A stretch of 36,984 nt of DNA, taken from NCBI GenBank assembly GCA_963592455.1, contig CAVAWS010000063.1, positions 1 to 36,984 on the forward strand. Reading direction: 5' to 3'. The position numbers were made by a program, and so were the translations under genes. Of this stretch, positions 7,248 through 17,096 are shown piece by piece. The notes below the pieces were generated by a model. That model saw only the letters and a list, made by a program, of their open reading frames with translations. It ran no database searches and was not told the DNA's origin. Position 1 is the first letter of the stretch, and the number at the start of each line of letters is the position of its first letter. The DNA comes from Paratractidigestivibacter sp. (GTDB lineage: Bacteria; Bacillota_I; Bacilli_A; RF39; UBA660).

Positions 7248-8645
7248 ATGCGATTATATAACACATTAACTAAAAAAGTTGAAGAATTTATTCCACATGA
7301 AGAAGGAAAAATAAAAATGTATACTTGTGGCCCTACTGTATATCATTATCAACATATTGGTAATTTAAGATCTTATATAGTAGAAGATGTGTTTGAAAAA
7401 ACTTTTAAATACTTAGGCTATGAGGTTACAAGATGTATGAACATAACTGATGTTGGTCATTTAAAAAGTGATGGAGACACAGGTGAAGATAAAATGGTAA
7501 TTGCAATGGAAAGAGAACATAAAACCTCAAAAGAAATTGCTAAGTTTTATACTGATGAGTTTAAGAAAGATTGTAAGCTAGTTAATGTTAGATGGCCTGA
7601 TATGGTAAAAGAGGCAACTGGCGAGATAGATATGTATATTAAGATAATTCAAAAACTATTAGATACTGGTTATGCATATGAGAGCAATGGAAATATATAT
7701 TTTGATACATCTAAAGACTCAAGTTATTATGAATTGTCTGGAAGAAATAAAGACGATTTAATAATAGGTAGTAGGGATGATGTAGAAGAAGATGAAAATA
7801 AAAAAAATCCTGCAGATTTTGTACTTTGGTTTACAAACTCTAAATTTGGTAATCAAGAATTGCAATGGGATAGTCCTTTTGGAAGAGGATTTCCAGGATG
7901 GCATATAGAGTGTTCAGGTATTTCTATTAAGTACTTAGGAGAATATCTTGATATTCACTTTGGCGCAGAAGATGCAATTTTTCCTCATCACACAAATGAA
8001 ATAGCACAAAGTGAGGCATATCTTGGACATAAGTGGTGTAATTACTGGGTTCACTTATCATGGCTTTTAACTAATAATGTTAAGATGAGTAAAAGTTTAG
8101 GTCATGTTTTAACTGTATCTAAGCTAAAAGAGCAGGGATATAATCCTTTATCATATAGATACTTCATACTAAATTCTTATTATCATAAACAAGTTAATTT
8201 TACGTATGAGCTTCTTGACCAATCTCAAACAGCATACTTAAAATTATTAAATAAAATATCAAATATAAAAAATGAAGGTAGTATAGAAGAGGATAAATAT
8301 AATAAATATAATGATAAGTTTAAAAGCTATTTATCTGATGACTTAAATACTTCTAATGCTTTAACATTATTATATGATTTATTAAAAGATAAGGATGTAA
8401 GTGGAGCAACTAAAATAAAGTTAATTAAGGATTTTGATAAGGTTTTATCATTAGATTTATTAGAGGAAAAAGAAGAAAATATCGATAGTGATCTTAAAAT
8501 TTATGTAGAAGAGCAAATTAAGTTAAGAAATGAAGCTAAAAAAACTAAAAATTTTGAAGTTGCAGACAAAATAAGAAATGATTTGCTAGAAAAAGGTATT
8601 GAACTTAAGGATACAAGAGAAGGTACTATTTGGAATAAAAGGTAA
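7248..8645 (+). CDS. cysS: cysteine--tRNA ligase
   Basis: 465 aa class-I aaRS with HIGN (YHYQHIGNLRSY) and KMSKS (VKMSKSLGH) motifs, plus FPGWHIECS and FPHHTNE. Confidence 0.95.
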   Translation: MRLYNTLTKKVEEFIPHEEGKIKMYTCGPTVYHYQHIGNLRSYIVEDVFEKTFKYLGYEVTRCMNITDVGHLKSDGDTGEDKMVIAMEREHKTSKEIAKFYTDEFKKDCKLVNVRWPDMVKEATGEIDMYIKIIQKLLDTGYAYESNGNIYFDTSKDSSYYELSGRNKDDLIIGSRDDVEEDENKKNPADFVLWFTNSKFGNQELQWDSPFGRGFPGWHIECSGISIKYLGEYLDIHFGAEDAIFPHHTNEIAQSEAYLGHKWCNYWVHLSWLLTNNVKMSKSLGHVLTVSKLKEQGYNPLSYRYFILNSYYHKQVNFTYELLDQSQTAYLKLLNKISNIKNEGSIEEDKYNKYNDKFKSYLSDDLNTSNALTLLYDLLKDKDVSGATKIKLIKDFDKVLSLDLLEEKEENIDSDLKIYVEEQIKLRNEAKKTKNFEVADKIRNDLLEKGIELKDTREGTIWNKR

Positions 8646-8650
8646 ATAAT

Positions 8651-9121
8651 ATGAAAAGCATTAAAGATATGTTTAAAAATAAAATAATTTCAAAGATAGA
8701 AAAATTAGGGTATACAGAAAAACAAGCTAATATCATATATGAAAAATATCAGTTTATAAGTTTTATGGATACCAGCTATAGTGAATCTGATTTAATAAAA
8801 ATTGTGTCTTTTTTAAATACTTGTGATCCTCTTACTATTTCTTATATTGGTAATTTAAAACCAGAAAAGAGAATACTAATGGTTGATGTATATAACTCGC
8901 TTCTAGTTACTAATAAAATAAATGATCAAATATTTAGATTAATTTATGATATAGCATGCTCTTATGATGAAAAAGTTTTAAATGTAGCGATAAATAAAAT
9001 ATATAAAGATAAAGTTGATTATACATTTGTTGGCATTTTAAAAAAAGTAAAGGAAGAAAATTTAAGTTTATATGATTTAAATGATTTTAAAGATTTAAAT
9101 AACAAAAAGAAAATTAAGTAG
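8651..9121 (+). CDS. hypothetical protein
   Basis: 156-aa ORF with its ATG 5 nt after the cysS stop and an AAAGG RBS inside the cysS 3' end. No motif I recognise. It occupies the slot that holds mrnC in Bacillus but lacks RNase III-like motifs. Confidence 0.5.
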   Translation: MKSIKDMFKNKIISKIEKLGYTEKQANIIYEKYQFISFMDTSYSESDLIKIVSFLNTCDPLTISYIGNLKPEKRILMVDVYNSLLVTNKINDQIFRLIYDIACSYDEKVLNVAINKIYKDKVDYTFVGILKKVKEENLSLYDLNDFKDLNNKKKIK

Positions 9122-9165
9122 AATAAAAAACAGTTAAATATTACATACTAAAAACGGTGATGTTT

Positions 9166-9681
9166 ATGTATTATTTGAACTGTTTTTTTATTTATTCAAT
9201 TTTAGGTCATGTACTTGAAACCATAATTTCACTTGTAACTAAAAATGGTTTTAAAAGTGGTTTTTTATATGGTTGGTGGACTCCGGTTTACGGGATAGGT
9301 GCAATAACGATTCTATTTATATCAAAGTATTTATTTAAGAATCTTCATATGCCTAGAATATGGGAAACAGTAATTATGTTTTTTGTTGTTGCAATTGTTT
9401 TATCAACACTAGAAGCACTTGGAGGAGTTTTAATAGAAAAAATATTTAACGTGGTATTTTGGGATTACTCTAGTCAAAAATTTCATATAGGACATTACAT
9501 TTCTCTTGAAATGACTCTTGTTTGGGGAATTGCAAGTGTTGTATTTGTGTATATTATTCATCCATTACTAGATAAAATAATAAAAAAGGTGCCTCTTTGG
9601 TTAACCATTTTGTTAACTGTACTATTTTTATTTGATATAACAAAGACCTTTATAGATAAAAAACCATTGACACATAAGTAA
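9166..9681 (+). CDS. putative ABC-transporter type IV (CmpB/PF06541-like) membrane protein
   Basis: Polytopic membrane protein starting YYLNCFFIYSILGHVLETIISLV...GFLYGWWTPVYGIGA, which is the PF06541 N-terminal pattern. Start is ambiguous (GTG 9157, ATG 9160 or ATG 9166); 9166 has the best GGTGA spacing. Confidence 0.6.
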   Translation: MYYLNCFFIYSILGHVLETIISLVTKNGFKSGFLYGWWTPVYGIGAITILFISKYLFKNLHMPRIWETVIMFFVVAIVLSTLEALGGVLIEKIFNVVFWDYSSQKFHIGHYISLEMTLVWGIASVVFVYIIHPLLDKIIKKVPLWLTILLTVLFLFDITKTFIDKKPLTHK

Positions 9682-9728
9682 TTTTGTGCTAGTATAAATG
9701 ACAATTCAATTAGAGGGGGAATTTTGAT

Positions 9729-10094
9729 ATGGAAAAGAAAAAAAGAAATGCTTTGTTTGAAGATACTATACTAGATGGTGTAGATTGTATTATGGTGGAT
9801 GGAAATCCTCAGTTTGTTAAATTAATAGAAGAAAGAATTTCATCTTCTGGATGTTCGGGTGACCATTATAAAAACATTTTCAACAATGTTAAATATCATA
9901 TACCAAGAACTAGCTACGACAATGTATGTTGTGAGTTAGCAGGTTATAGAAGCTTACCTAAAGATACAGAGTTTATTTCAATTCTTAAGTTTTTAACAAA
10001 AGAAGATGTAGTTGCATTAACAGATGGTAAATTTGAAGATGATATGGCAATAGATCTTAATAATAGAATGACAGAAAGATTATCAAAAAGATAA
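9729..10094 (+). CDS. hypothetical protein (Cys-containing, 121 aa)
   Basis: Strong RBS GAGGGGGA lies 8 nt upstream. No recognisable family. Cys residues at DC, GCSG and CCE. Confidence 0.5.
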   Translation: MEKKKRNALFEDTILDGVDCIMVDGNPQFVKLIEERISSSGCSGDHYKNIFNNVKYHIPRTSYDNVCCELAGYRSLPKDTEFISILKFLTKEDVVALTDGKFEDDMAIDLNNRMTERLSKR

Positions 10095-10122
10095 AAAACT
10101 TCCATTAACTTGGAAGTTTTTT
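10094..10122. terminator. bidirectional terminator between convergent 9729..10094 and clpP
   Basis: AAAAACTTCCA (10094-10104) / TGGAAGTTTTT (10111-10121) with a 6-nt loop. The A-run and T-run flank the stem, so it can terminate both strands. Confidence 0.6.
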
Positions 10123-10690
10123 ATAATATTTTATCGACAAGCCCATACTCTAATGCTTCTTTAGCTGTTAAATAATGGTCTCTTTCTGTATCCTTTTCTA
10201 TTTTTTTAATATCTTGTTTTGTTTTCTTTGCTAATAATTTATTAAGTTTATTTCTTAAATAAAGAATTCTATCAGCTACTATTTTAATTTCAGTAGCTTG
10301 TCCATTTACTCCTCCTAGTGGTTGATGTATCATAACCTCGCTATTTGGTAGAATAAATCTTTTTCCAGCATTTCCACTAGCAAGTAAAACTGAAGCCATA
10401 GATGCGGCCATACCTACACATATTGTTGATATAGGACTTTTAACAAAATTCATTGTATCATAAATTGCCATACCAGCAGTTATACTACCTCCAGGGCTAT
10501 TTATATATATACTTATTTCAGCGTCTGATAAAGAATCTAAAAATAGTAGTTCACTTATTATTGTATTAGCATTATCATCATCAATTTCTCCACTTATAAA
10601 TATTATTCTATCTTTAAGTAGTTTAGAATAAATATCATATGCTCTTTCACCTCTACTTGTTTTTTCTACAACACTTGGTATTAAATTCAT
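10121..10690 (-). CDS. clpP: ATP-dependent Clp protease proteolytic subunit
   Basis: 189 aa: [35 protein letters not shown], catalytic Ser in [10 protein letters not shown] and His in [18 protein letters not shown]. Confidence 0.95.
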   Translation of the reverse strand: MNLIPSVVEKTSRGERAYDIYSKLLKDRIIFISGEIDDDNANTIISELLFLDSLSDAEISIYINSPGGSITAGMAIYDTMNFVKSPISTICVGMAASMASVLLASGNAGKRFILPNSEVMIHQPLGGVNGQATEIKIVADRILYLRNKLNKLLAKKTKQDIKKIEKDTERDHYLTAKEALEYGLVDKIL

Positions 10691-10806
10691 ATTTAATTTA
10701 CCCTCCTAATAATATTATGTATAAAGTATTTATATTTATTATCAAAATATTGTGACTTTTTTATAATATTTTGTTATTATATTATTAGAATAAGAAGGTG
10801 TATATA

Positions 10807-12459
10807 ATGGATGAAATAAAAATTAAATATAAGGGTGATGAAATAAGTGTCCAAAAGGGTACTACACTACTAGAATTATCAAAAAAATACAAAGATAATT
10901 ATAAATATGATATATTATCTGGAAGCATAAATAACAGGTTATCAAATCTTAGTACAGAGCTAACAAAAAATTGTACAATTGATTTTTATGATGTATCAAG
11001 CTTACTTGGTAACAGGACATATGAAAGAGGTCTTTATTTTCTTTTATCAAAATCAGTTATGGATGTTTTAGGGTGCGATATAAAAATTATGCACGTAGTT
11101 GATAAGGGAATATACTGTCAAATACTTTTTAATAACAAAGTTACTGACGTCATAGTAGAAAAAATTAAACAAAAAATGCAAAGTTTAGTTGAAAAAGAGT
11201 TACCAATAGATAGAATAATGGTATCAAGATTAGATGCTATAGACTACTATGAAAAAATGAATCAATTTGATAAATCACAATCGTTAAGATACATAAGTAA
11301 TTCGAGTATTAGTTTATATAGAATGGATGATACACTAGATTATTTCTATGGCGTTTTACCTAATAATACAAAACTTTTAAAAACGTTTGATATAAAAAAC
11401 ATTGGTGATAATAATATAATGTTGATGTTTCCTTATTATTATGACATAAATGCAGGCCTTAAATTTGATAGAAATGAAATGATAATTAGTTCTATAAAAG
11501 AAAATGATAAGTCACTTGAAAGTATGGGAATAAATACATCTGTTGACTTAAATAAATTAGTATCTAAGGGAGAGTATGCAGATATAATAAGAATTAGTGA
11601 ATCAATGCAAAATAGCAAATTACTAGAGATAGTTAATAAGATAAATGATGATAAGAACATAAAAATGGTTTTAATAACAGGTCCATCTTCATCAGGCAAG
11701 ACAACTATGTCTAAGAAATTAACACTATTTTTAAAGAGTAAGGGTTATGATCCAATTCCTATATCTGTAGATGATTTTTATAAAAATATAGAGGACAGAG
11801 TAAAAGATGAGAATGGTGAAATAGAAAGAGAAAGAATAAGTGCTTTTGATACGAATTTATTTAATACTAAGATGAGTGATTTGTTAAATAAAGAAGAGGT
11901 TTTATTACCAAAGTATAATTTTCCCGCTAACAAAAGAGAGTGGAGAGATTCTAAGATAAAAATGAAAGATAATAGTATCTTAATAATAGAAGGTATTCAT
12001 GCGTTTAATGATAAGTTAACTGAGATAATACCTGATAAAAATAAATTTAAGATATTTGTATGTCCAGAAACTCCGCTTAACATAGATAATCATAATTTAT
12101 TCAGAACAACAGATAATAGGTTATTAAGAAGAATAGTAAGAGATAATAGAACAAGGGGTACTTCATCATCTGAAACTTTAAAATCATGGAAACAAGTTAG
12201 AAAGATAGAAGAAGAGATTATATTACCTTATTCAAAAGAAGCAGATGAGGTTATAAATACATCATTAGTTTATGAACTTAGTGTTCTTAAAACATATGCA
12301 GAACCTTTATTATTCTCAGTTTCAGAAAATGACGAAAATTATGATGAAGCTTTAAGGTTAATTAACTTATTTAGGGTTATACTAGGAATGCCATCTGATG
12401 CGGTACCAGACGATTCAATAATGAGAGAATTTATAGGTGGAAGTTGTTTTGAGTATTAA
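10807..12459 (+). CDS. TGS/ThrRS-like N-domain fused to a uridine kinase/phosphoribulokinase-family nucleoside kinase
   Basis: The N-terminus IKIKYKGDEISVQKGTTLLELSKKY is beta-grasp/TGS-like. The C-terminus has P-loop ITGPSSSGKTT, ILIIEGIHAFN and LRRIVRDNRTRG (PF00485-like). ATG 10807 lies 8 nt after AGAAGG; the ORF-track GTG 10798 is unlikely. Confidence 0.8.
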   Translation: MDEIKIKYKGDEISVQKGTTLLELSKKYKDNYKYDILSGSINNRLSNLSTELTKNCTIDFYDVSSLLGNRTYERGLYFLLSKSVMDVLGCDIKIMHVVDKGIYCQILFNNKVTDVIVEKIKQKMQSLVEKELPIDRIMVSRLDAIDYYEKMNQFDKSQSLRYISNSSISLYRMDDTLDYFYGVLPNNTKLLKTFDIKNIGDNNIMLMFPYYYDINAGLKFDRNEMIISSIKENDKSLESMGINTSVDLNKLVSKGEYADIIRISESMQNSKLLEIVNKINDDKNIKMVLITGPSSSGKTTMSKKLTLFLKSKGYDPIPISVDDFYKNIEDRVKDENGEIERERISAFDTNLFNTKMSDLLNKEEVLLPKYNFPANKREWRDSKIKMKDNSILIIEGIHAFNDKLTEIIPDKNKFKIFVCPETPLNIDNHNLFRTTDNRLLRRIVRDNRTRGTSSSETLKSWKQVRKIEEEIILPYSKEADEVINTSLVYELSVLKTYAEPLLFSVSENDENYDEALRLINLFRVILGMPSDAVPDDSIMREFIGGSCFEY

Positions 12460-12492
12460 ACAATGATAAAATATATATAAGGAGATGATTAT

Positions 12493-13500
12493 ATGGCTAT
12501 TAAAGTAGCAATAAATGGATTTGGAAGAATAGGAAGATTAGTATTTAGATTAATGCAAGAAGATAAAGACTTTGACGTAGTTGCAATAAATGATTTAACA
12601 GATGCAGCACAATTAGCATATTTATTAAAGTACGATACTTCACATAGAAGATATAGAGTAGAAGATATATCAAATGATGATGAAAATATTATAATAGGAG
12701 ATAAAAAGGTAAGAATTTATAGTGAAAGTGATCCTAAGTGTTTACCATGGAAAGAATTAGGAATTGACTTAGTTTTTGAATGTACTGGTTTTTTCACTAG
12801 TTTAGAAAAGGCAAGTGCACATATAGAAGCAGGTGCAAAGAAAGTAATAATTTCAGCACCCGCTAAAGGTGATTTAAAAACAATAGTGTATAACGTAAAT
12901 CACGAGACTTTAACAGGAGATGAAAAAGTAATTAGTGCAGCAAGTTGTACGACAAACTGTTTAGCACCTGTTATGAAGTTATTATGTGATAATTATGGTG
13001 TAAAAAAAGGTTTTATGACAACTGTTCATGCATATACTAACGATCAATCATCTCTTGATGTAGCTCATAAGAAAGGTTATTTATCAAGAAGAGGAAGAGC
13101 AGCTGCAGCAAACATAGTACCTGCAACAACAGGAGCAGCATCAGCAATTGGACTTGTTATACCAGAATTAAAGGGAAGATTAGATGGAATGGCAATGCGT
13201 GTTCCAACTACAACAGGTTCAGTAATAGATTTATCACTTGAATTAAATAAAAACGTAACTAAAGAAGAATTAAATGAGTTATTTAAAAATAATCAATCAG
13301 AAACAATTGCTTATACAGAAGATCCTATTGTTTCTAGTGATGCTATTGGAATAAGAGAAGGCTCTTTAGTAGACGGTTTATCAACTAACGTAATAGAAGT
13401 AGATGGTAAACAGTTAGTAAAAATAGTATCTTGGTATGATAATGAAATGAGTTATTCAGTTCAAATGGTTAGAACGGCTAAATATTTTGCTAGTAAGTAA
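12493..13500 (+). CDS. gap: type I glyceraldehyde-3-phosphate dehydrogenase
   Basis: INGFGRIGRLVFR, active site ASCTTNCLAP, WYDNEMSYS. RBS AAGGAG. Confidence 0.95.
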   Translation: MAIKVAINGFGRIGRLVFRLMQEDKDFDVVAINDLTDAAQLAYLLKYDTSHRRYRVEDISNDDENIIIGDKKVRIYSESDPKCLPWKELGIDLVFECTGFFTSLEKASAHIEAGAKKVIISAPAKGDLKTIVYNVNHETLTGDEKVISAASCTTNCLAPVMKLLCDNYGVKKGFMTTVHAYTNDQSSLDVAHKKGYLSRRGRAAAANIVPATTGAASAIGLVIPELKGRLDGMAMRVPTTTGSVIDLSLELNKNVTKEELNELFKNNQSETIAYTEDPIVSSDAIGIREGSLVDGLSTNVIEVDGKQLVKIVSWYDNEMSYSVQMVRTAKYFASK

Positions 13501-13528
13501 TAAATGTGATATAATTCTTTTATGATAG

Positions 13529-14848
13529 GTGGTGATATTTGTGGATAATGAATATAATGATTATAAAGAAGAAGAGGAACCAAAAAAGTTTCAAATAAAA
13601 AGATGGATGGTTATCGCAGGAGCAGTAGCTTTAATACTTATAGTAGCTATAATTTTAATTATTGTAATTCACAAAAAGAATCAGGAACCTAAAATGACTG
13701 CCGCAGCATGTGAAGAATTAGAAAGCAGAATGGCTGAGGAAGCAAGTGTTTATATAGAAAATAATTCTATGGAGATAACAGAAGATATTACTAGAATTGA
13801 TTTTACTGAGCTACTTGATACGAATGGTGGAAACATAGATTCTAGTAAAATTGCTGAGTTAGACACAGTAAAAGGTTATGTAAATGTATATCAGGAAGAT
13901 GGAGAAAATACTTATGATGCATACATAATGTGTTCTAATGTCTATAAAACATCAGGATATAAAGATGAAGATGCCAATGATAAACCTGTTATAAAATTAA
14001 ATGGTAAGTCAAAGATAAGTATTTATGTTGGTGATACTTATGTAGATGAAGGTGCAACAGCGTCTGATAAAGAAGATGGTGATTTAACAGATAGTATAGT
14101 TATAGAAAATAATGTTGATACTTCTAAGAGTGGAAAGTATACAGTAAAATATACAGTAGAAGATTCTTCTGGAAATAAGGTTAGTAAAAAAAGAGAGGTA
14201 ACTGTTAAAGAAAAAGAAACAACAACTACAACAACTGAAACCACAACGACAGCGAAAACAGCAACTACAACAACAGTTAGAGTAACAACTACTTATAGAA
14301 CAACTGTTAGAAAAACTACTGCCAAAGTAACAACACCAGCTACTACAACTACAAAGAAAATCACTTCACCACCTACTATAAAACTTACTGGTGGTGATTA
14401 TATTATGAATACTGGCGGGACGTATAAAGAACTTGGTTACACAGCGGAAGATGCTTTAGGAAACAATATAACAGCAAGAGTTAAGGTTACTAATAATATT
14501 AATGTAAAAAGTGCTGGAACTTATTATGTTTCTTATAGTGTAACTGATTCATATGGTAATTCCGCAACTAAAACAAGAAGGGTTTATGTAAAGGCTTCTG
14601 GTTCTATTAATGGTATTACCATATCGCCAAGTTCTATTTCATTAAACGTAAATAGTTCATATAAATTAACCGCATCATTATCTACAACTGGAACTGTTGA
14701 TAAAACAATTACATGGTCCACTAGTAATAGTGCTGTAGCAACAATTTCACAAGATGGTACAGTCGTTGCAAAATCAAAAGGTACATCAACTATAACGGCA
14801 AAAGCATCAAATGGTAAAAGTGCAACATGTGTTGTTTCAGTAAAATAG
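13529..14848 (+). CDS. membrane-anchored surface protein: pilin-head-like module, two DUF5011-type Ig-like domains, Thr-rich linker, Big_2 domain
   Basis: TM anchor MVIAGAVALILIVAIILIIVI. Two repeats of the type P.IKL.G......G..Y.E.G..A.D...G.......V....V......G.Y.V.Y.V.D..GN......R.V.V. Thr-rich linker ETTTTTTETTTTAKTATTTT. C-terminal Big_2-like ITISPSSISLNVNSSYKLTASL...ITAKASNGKSATCVVSV. The start is uncertain (GTG 13529, 13532 or 13541). Confidence 0.7.
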   Translation: MVIFVDNEYNDYKEEEEPKKFQIKRWMVIAGAVALILIVAIILIIVIHKKNQEPKMTAAACEELESRMAEEASVYIENNSMEITEDITRIDFTELLDTNGGNIDSSKIAELDTVKGYVNVYQEDGENTYDAYIMCSNVYKTSGYKDEDANDKPVIKLNGKSKISIYVGDTYVDEGATASDKEDGDLTDSIVIENNVDTSKSGKYTVKYTVEDSSGNKVSKKREVTVKEKETTTTTTETTTTAKTATTTTVRVTTTYRTTVRKTTAKVTTPATTTTKKITSPPTIKLTGGDYIMNTGGTYKELGYTAEDALGNNITARVKVTNNINVKSAGTYYVSYSVTDSYGNSATKTRRVYVKASGSINGITISPSSISLNVNSSYKLTASLSTTGTVDKTITWSTSNSAVATISQDGTVVAKSKGTSTITAKASNGKSATCVVSVK

Positions 14849-14905
14849 AAAATTTTAAATTTTCTATTTTTTAATATACATGATATAATTAATATGGAGG
14901 ATAAC

Positions 14906-16090
14906 ATGAAAAAGACTATTAAGGACGTAAATATAGATAATAAAACATTAATAATTAGATGTGATTTTAATGTTCCAATAAAAGATGGTAAAATACTAGA
15001 TGATAATAGAATAGTAATGAGTTTAAAGACTATAAATTATGCTTTAGATCATAATTGTAAAATAGTTCTTTTGTCTCATTTAGGTAGAATAAAAAGTGAA
15101 GAAGATAAGAAAAATAACAGTTTATACATAGTATCAAAACGTTTAGAAGAGTTGCTTGACAAAAAAGTAGAGTTTATAGATGAAACACGAGGAGATGTGC
15201 TAACAAATTCTGCTAAAAACATGAAGGAAAAAGACATAATATTAGTTCAAAACACAAGGTATGAAGACTATCCTGATAATCTTGAATCAGGTTGCGATGA
15301 CGAATTAGGAAAATACTGGGCTAGTCTAGGAGATATATTTATTAATGATGCATTTGGAACTTGTCATAGAAGGCATGCTTCAAATGTTGGTATATCAAAA
15401 TATATTCCATCTGCAGTTGGTTTTCTAGTGGAAAAAGAACTTAATGAACTATCTAATACGCTATCTAATCCTAGAAGTCCATACATCGTTATAATGGGTG
15501 GTGCAAAGGTAAATGATAAGATAAAAGTTATTGATAAGTTAATTAAAAAATGTGATTATTTATTAGTTGGTGGTGGAATAGCTAATACATTTCTAAAAAG
15601 TATGGGTTATGATTTAAAAAAATCAATTTATGATGATACTTCAATAGAGTATTGTAAAAATTTATTAGAAGAATATAAAGATAAAATTATTTTACCAGTA
15701 GATGGATATTCATCAACAGAGTATAAAGATAACTTAGAAGTAAAATATAGTATGTTAAATGAAGTACCTGAAAATTACATGGTATTAGATATTGGACCTT
15801 TAAGTATAAAATTATTTAATAAATATATTAAAGATGCAAAAACTGTTTTTTATAATGGACCAGTAGGAGTTTCAGAGTTTAAAAATTTTGAGTATGGAAC
15901 TAAAAATCTTTTAGAATTACTAAATAAATCACATGCAGACATTATAATAGGTGGGGGAGATTCAGCCGCTGCAGCAATCAGGTTTGGTTATAAAGATAAA
16001 TTTAAACATATTTCAACAGGTGGAGGAGCATCTTTAGAATTAATTGAGGGAAAAAAGTTACCTGCAATTGAAGCAATAGATGATAAGTAG
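14906..16090 (+). CDS. pgk: phosphoglycerate kinase
   Basis: RCDFNVP, DDNRI, LLSHLGR, NDAFGTCHRRHASN, VIMGGAKVNDKI, GPVGVSEF, GGGDSAAA, STGGGASLE. ATG 14906 follows GGAGGA; the ORF-track ATG 14894 is an alternative. Confidence 0.95.
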   Translation: MKKTIKDVNIDNKTLIIRCDFNVPIKDGKILDDNRIVMSLKTINYALDHNCKIVLLSHLGRIKSEEDKKNNSLYIVSKRLEELLDKKVEFIDETRGDVLTNSAKNMKEKDIILVQNTRYEDYPDNLESGCDDELGKYWASLGDIFINDAFGTCHRRHASNVGISKYIPSAVGFLVEKELNELSNTLSNPRSPYIVIMGGAKVNDKIKVIDKLIKKCDYLLVGGGIANTFLKSMGYDLKKSIYDDTSIEYCKNLLEEYKDKIILPVDGYSSTEYKDNLEVKYSMLNEVPENYMVLDIGPLSIKLFNKYIKDAKTVFYNGPVGVSEFKNFEYGTKNLLELLNKSHADIIIGGGDSAAAAIRFGYKDKFKHISTGGGASLELIEGKKLPAIEAIDDK

Positions 16091-17096
16091 TATGAGAAAG
16101 AAAATAATTAATTATTTAATACTAGTTTTAGCAATAATATTAGTTTTGTATTTTACTTTAAAAGATAATTTTAATGATATTATTCATGAACTAAAAACGG
16201 TAAACGTAGGAATTTATTTAGTGGCTGTCTTAATATTTTTTATATCACTTATATTTAAGTCGTTTAGCTTGTGCATTTTTTCTAATGAGTATAAAAAGTA
16301 TAGTGCTTTTAAAACATATAATCTAACTTTAATATCATTATTTCTAAATGGTATAACCCCTTTTCAAACAGGTGGTCAACCTTTTCAAATATACTTAATG
16401 AAAAAAGATGGTTTTAGGGTAAGTGATGCAACTAACGCAATGATAAGTGACTGTATAGTGTATCAAGTTGCACTAATTTTAATAGGATTTATAGCATTAA
16501 TCGCTAACTTATTTTTAGGATATTTTAGTATGAATAGATATTTAAGTATATTTGTTATTATTGGTTTTATCTTAAACGTTTTAGTCTTAGTCTTATTAAT
16601 AGTTGTTACATCTGCAAAAAAAACTGGGTATAAAGTAGTGAAAAACATTATAAATTTTATATTTAATCTTAAATTTATGAAAAAATTTGAAAATAAAAAA
16701 GAAGATTTAATTAAAAGTTTAGAACATTTTTATTTCACCGGTAAAAAAAGAAAGAAGAGTAAAAACAGTATAATTCTTGGAATAATATTAAATATGATAT
16801 ATTTAACATTATTATATATAGTTCCAATATTTATATTTAAATCTCTTAAAAATGTTAATATTACGTTTATAGAAGTTTTTACTGCTAATTCATTTGTTAT
16901 GATTTTAGGAAATATAATTCCAATACCTGGTGCAACTGGTGGTATAGAATATAGTTTTATGCAATTCTTTGGAAAGTTTGTTAAAGGAACTTTATTATCA
17001 AGCGGAATGCTTTTATGGAGATTTACTACATATCTATTAGGATTAGTTGTTGGAAGTATTGCATTGATGTTTAAAAAAGGAGAGGTAAAAAGATGA
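16080..17096 (+). CDS. flippase-like / lysylphosphatidylglycerol-synthase-TM (UPF0104, PF03706) family membrane protein
   Basis: Polytopic protein with the hallmarks ITPFQTGGQPFQIYLMKKDG and IPIPGATGGIEYSF. It overlaps the pgk stop by 11 nt, or starts at ATG 16092, 2 nt after that stop. Confidence 0.7.
   Translation: MISSMRKKIINYLILVLAIILVLYFTLKDNFNDIIHELKTVNVGIYLVAVLIFFISLIFKSFSLCIFSNEYKKYSAFKTYNLTLISLFLNGITPFQTGGQPFQIYLMKKDGFRVSDATNAMISDCIVYQVALILIGFIALIANLFLGYFSMNRYLSIFVIIGFILNVLVLVLLIVVTSAKKTGYKVVKNIINFIFNLKFMKKFENKKEDLIKSLEHFYFTGKKRKKSKNSIILGIILNMIYLTLLYIVPIFIFKSLKNVNITFIEVFTANSFVMILGNIIPIPGATGGIEYSFMQFFGKFVKGTLLSSGMLLWRFTTYLLGLVVGSIALMFKKGEVKR

Noticed and set aside
12449-12477. TTGAGT-17-TATATA promoter-like element before gap.
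   Set aside because: A start from it would fall inside or on the gap RBS, leaving essentially no leader. It is likely a chance match in AT-rich sequence.
14215-14360. ACA/ACT-rich low-complexity DNA that looks repeat-like.
   Set aside because: It is the in-frame coding sequence of the Thr-rich linker of the surface protein. It has no regular unit length or spacers, so it is neither a CRISPR array nor a discrete tandem repeat.
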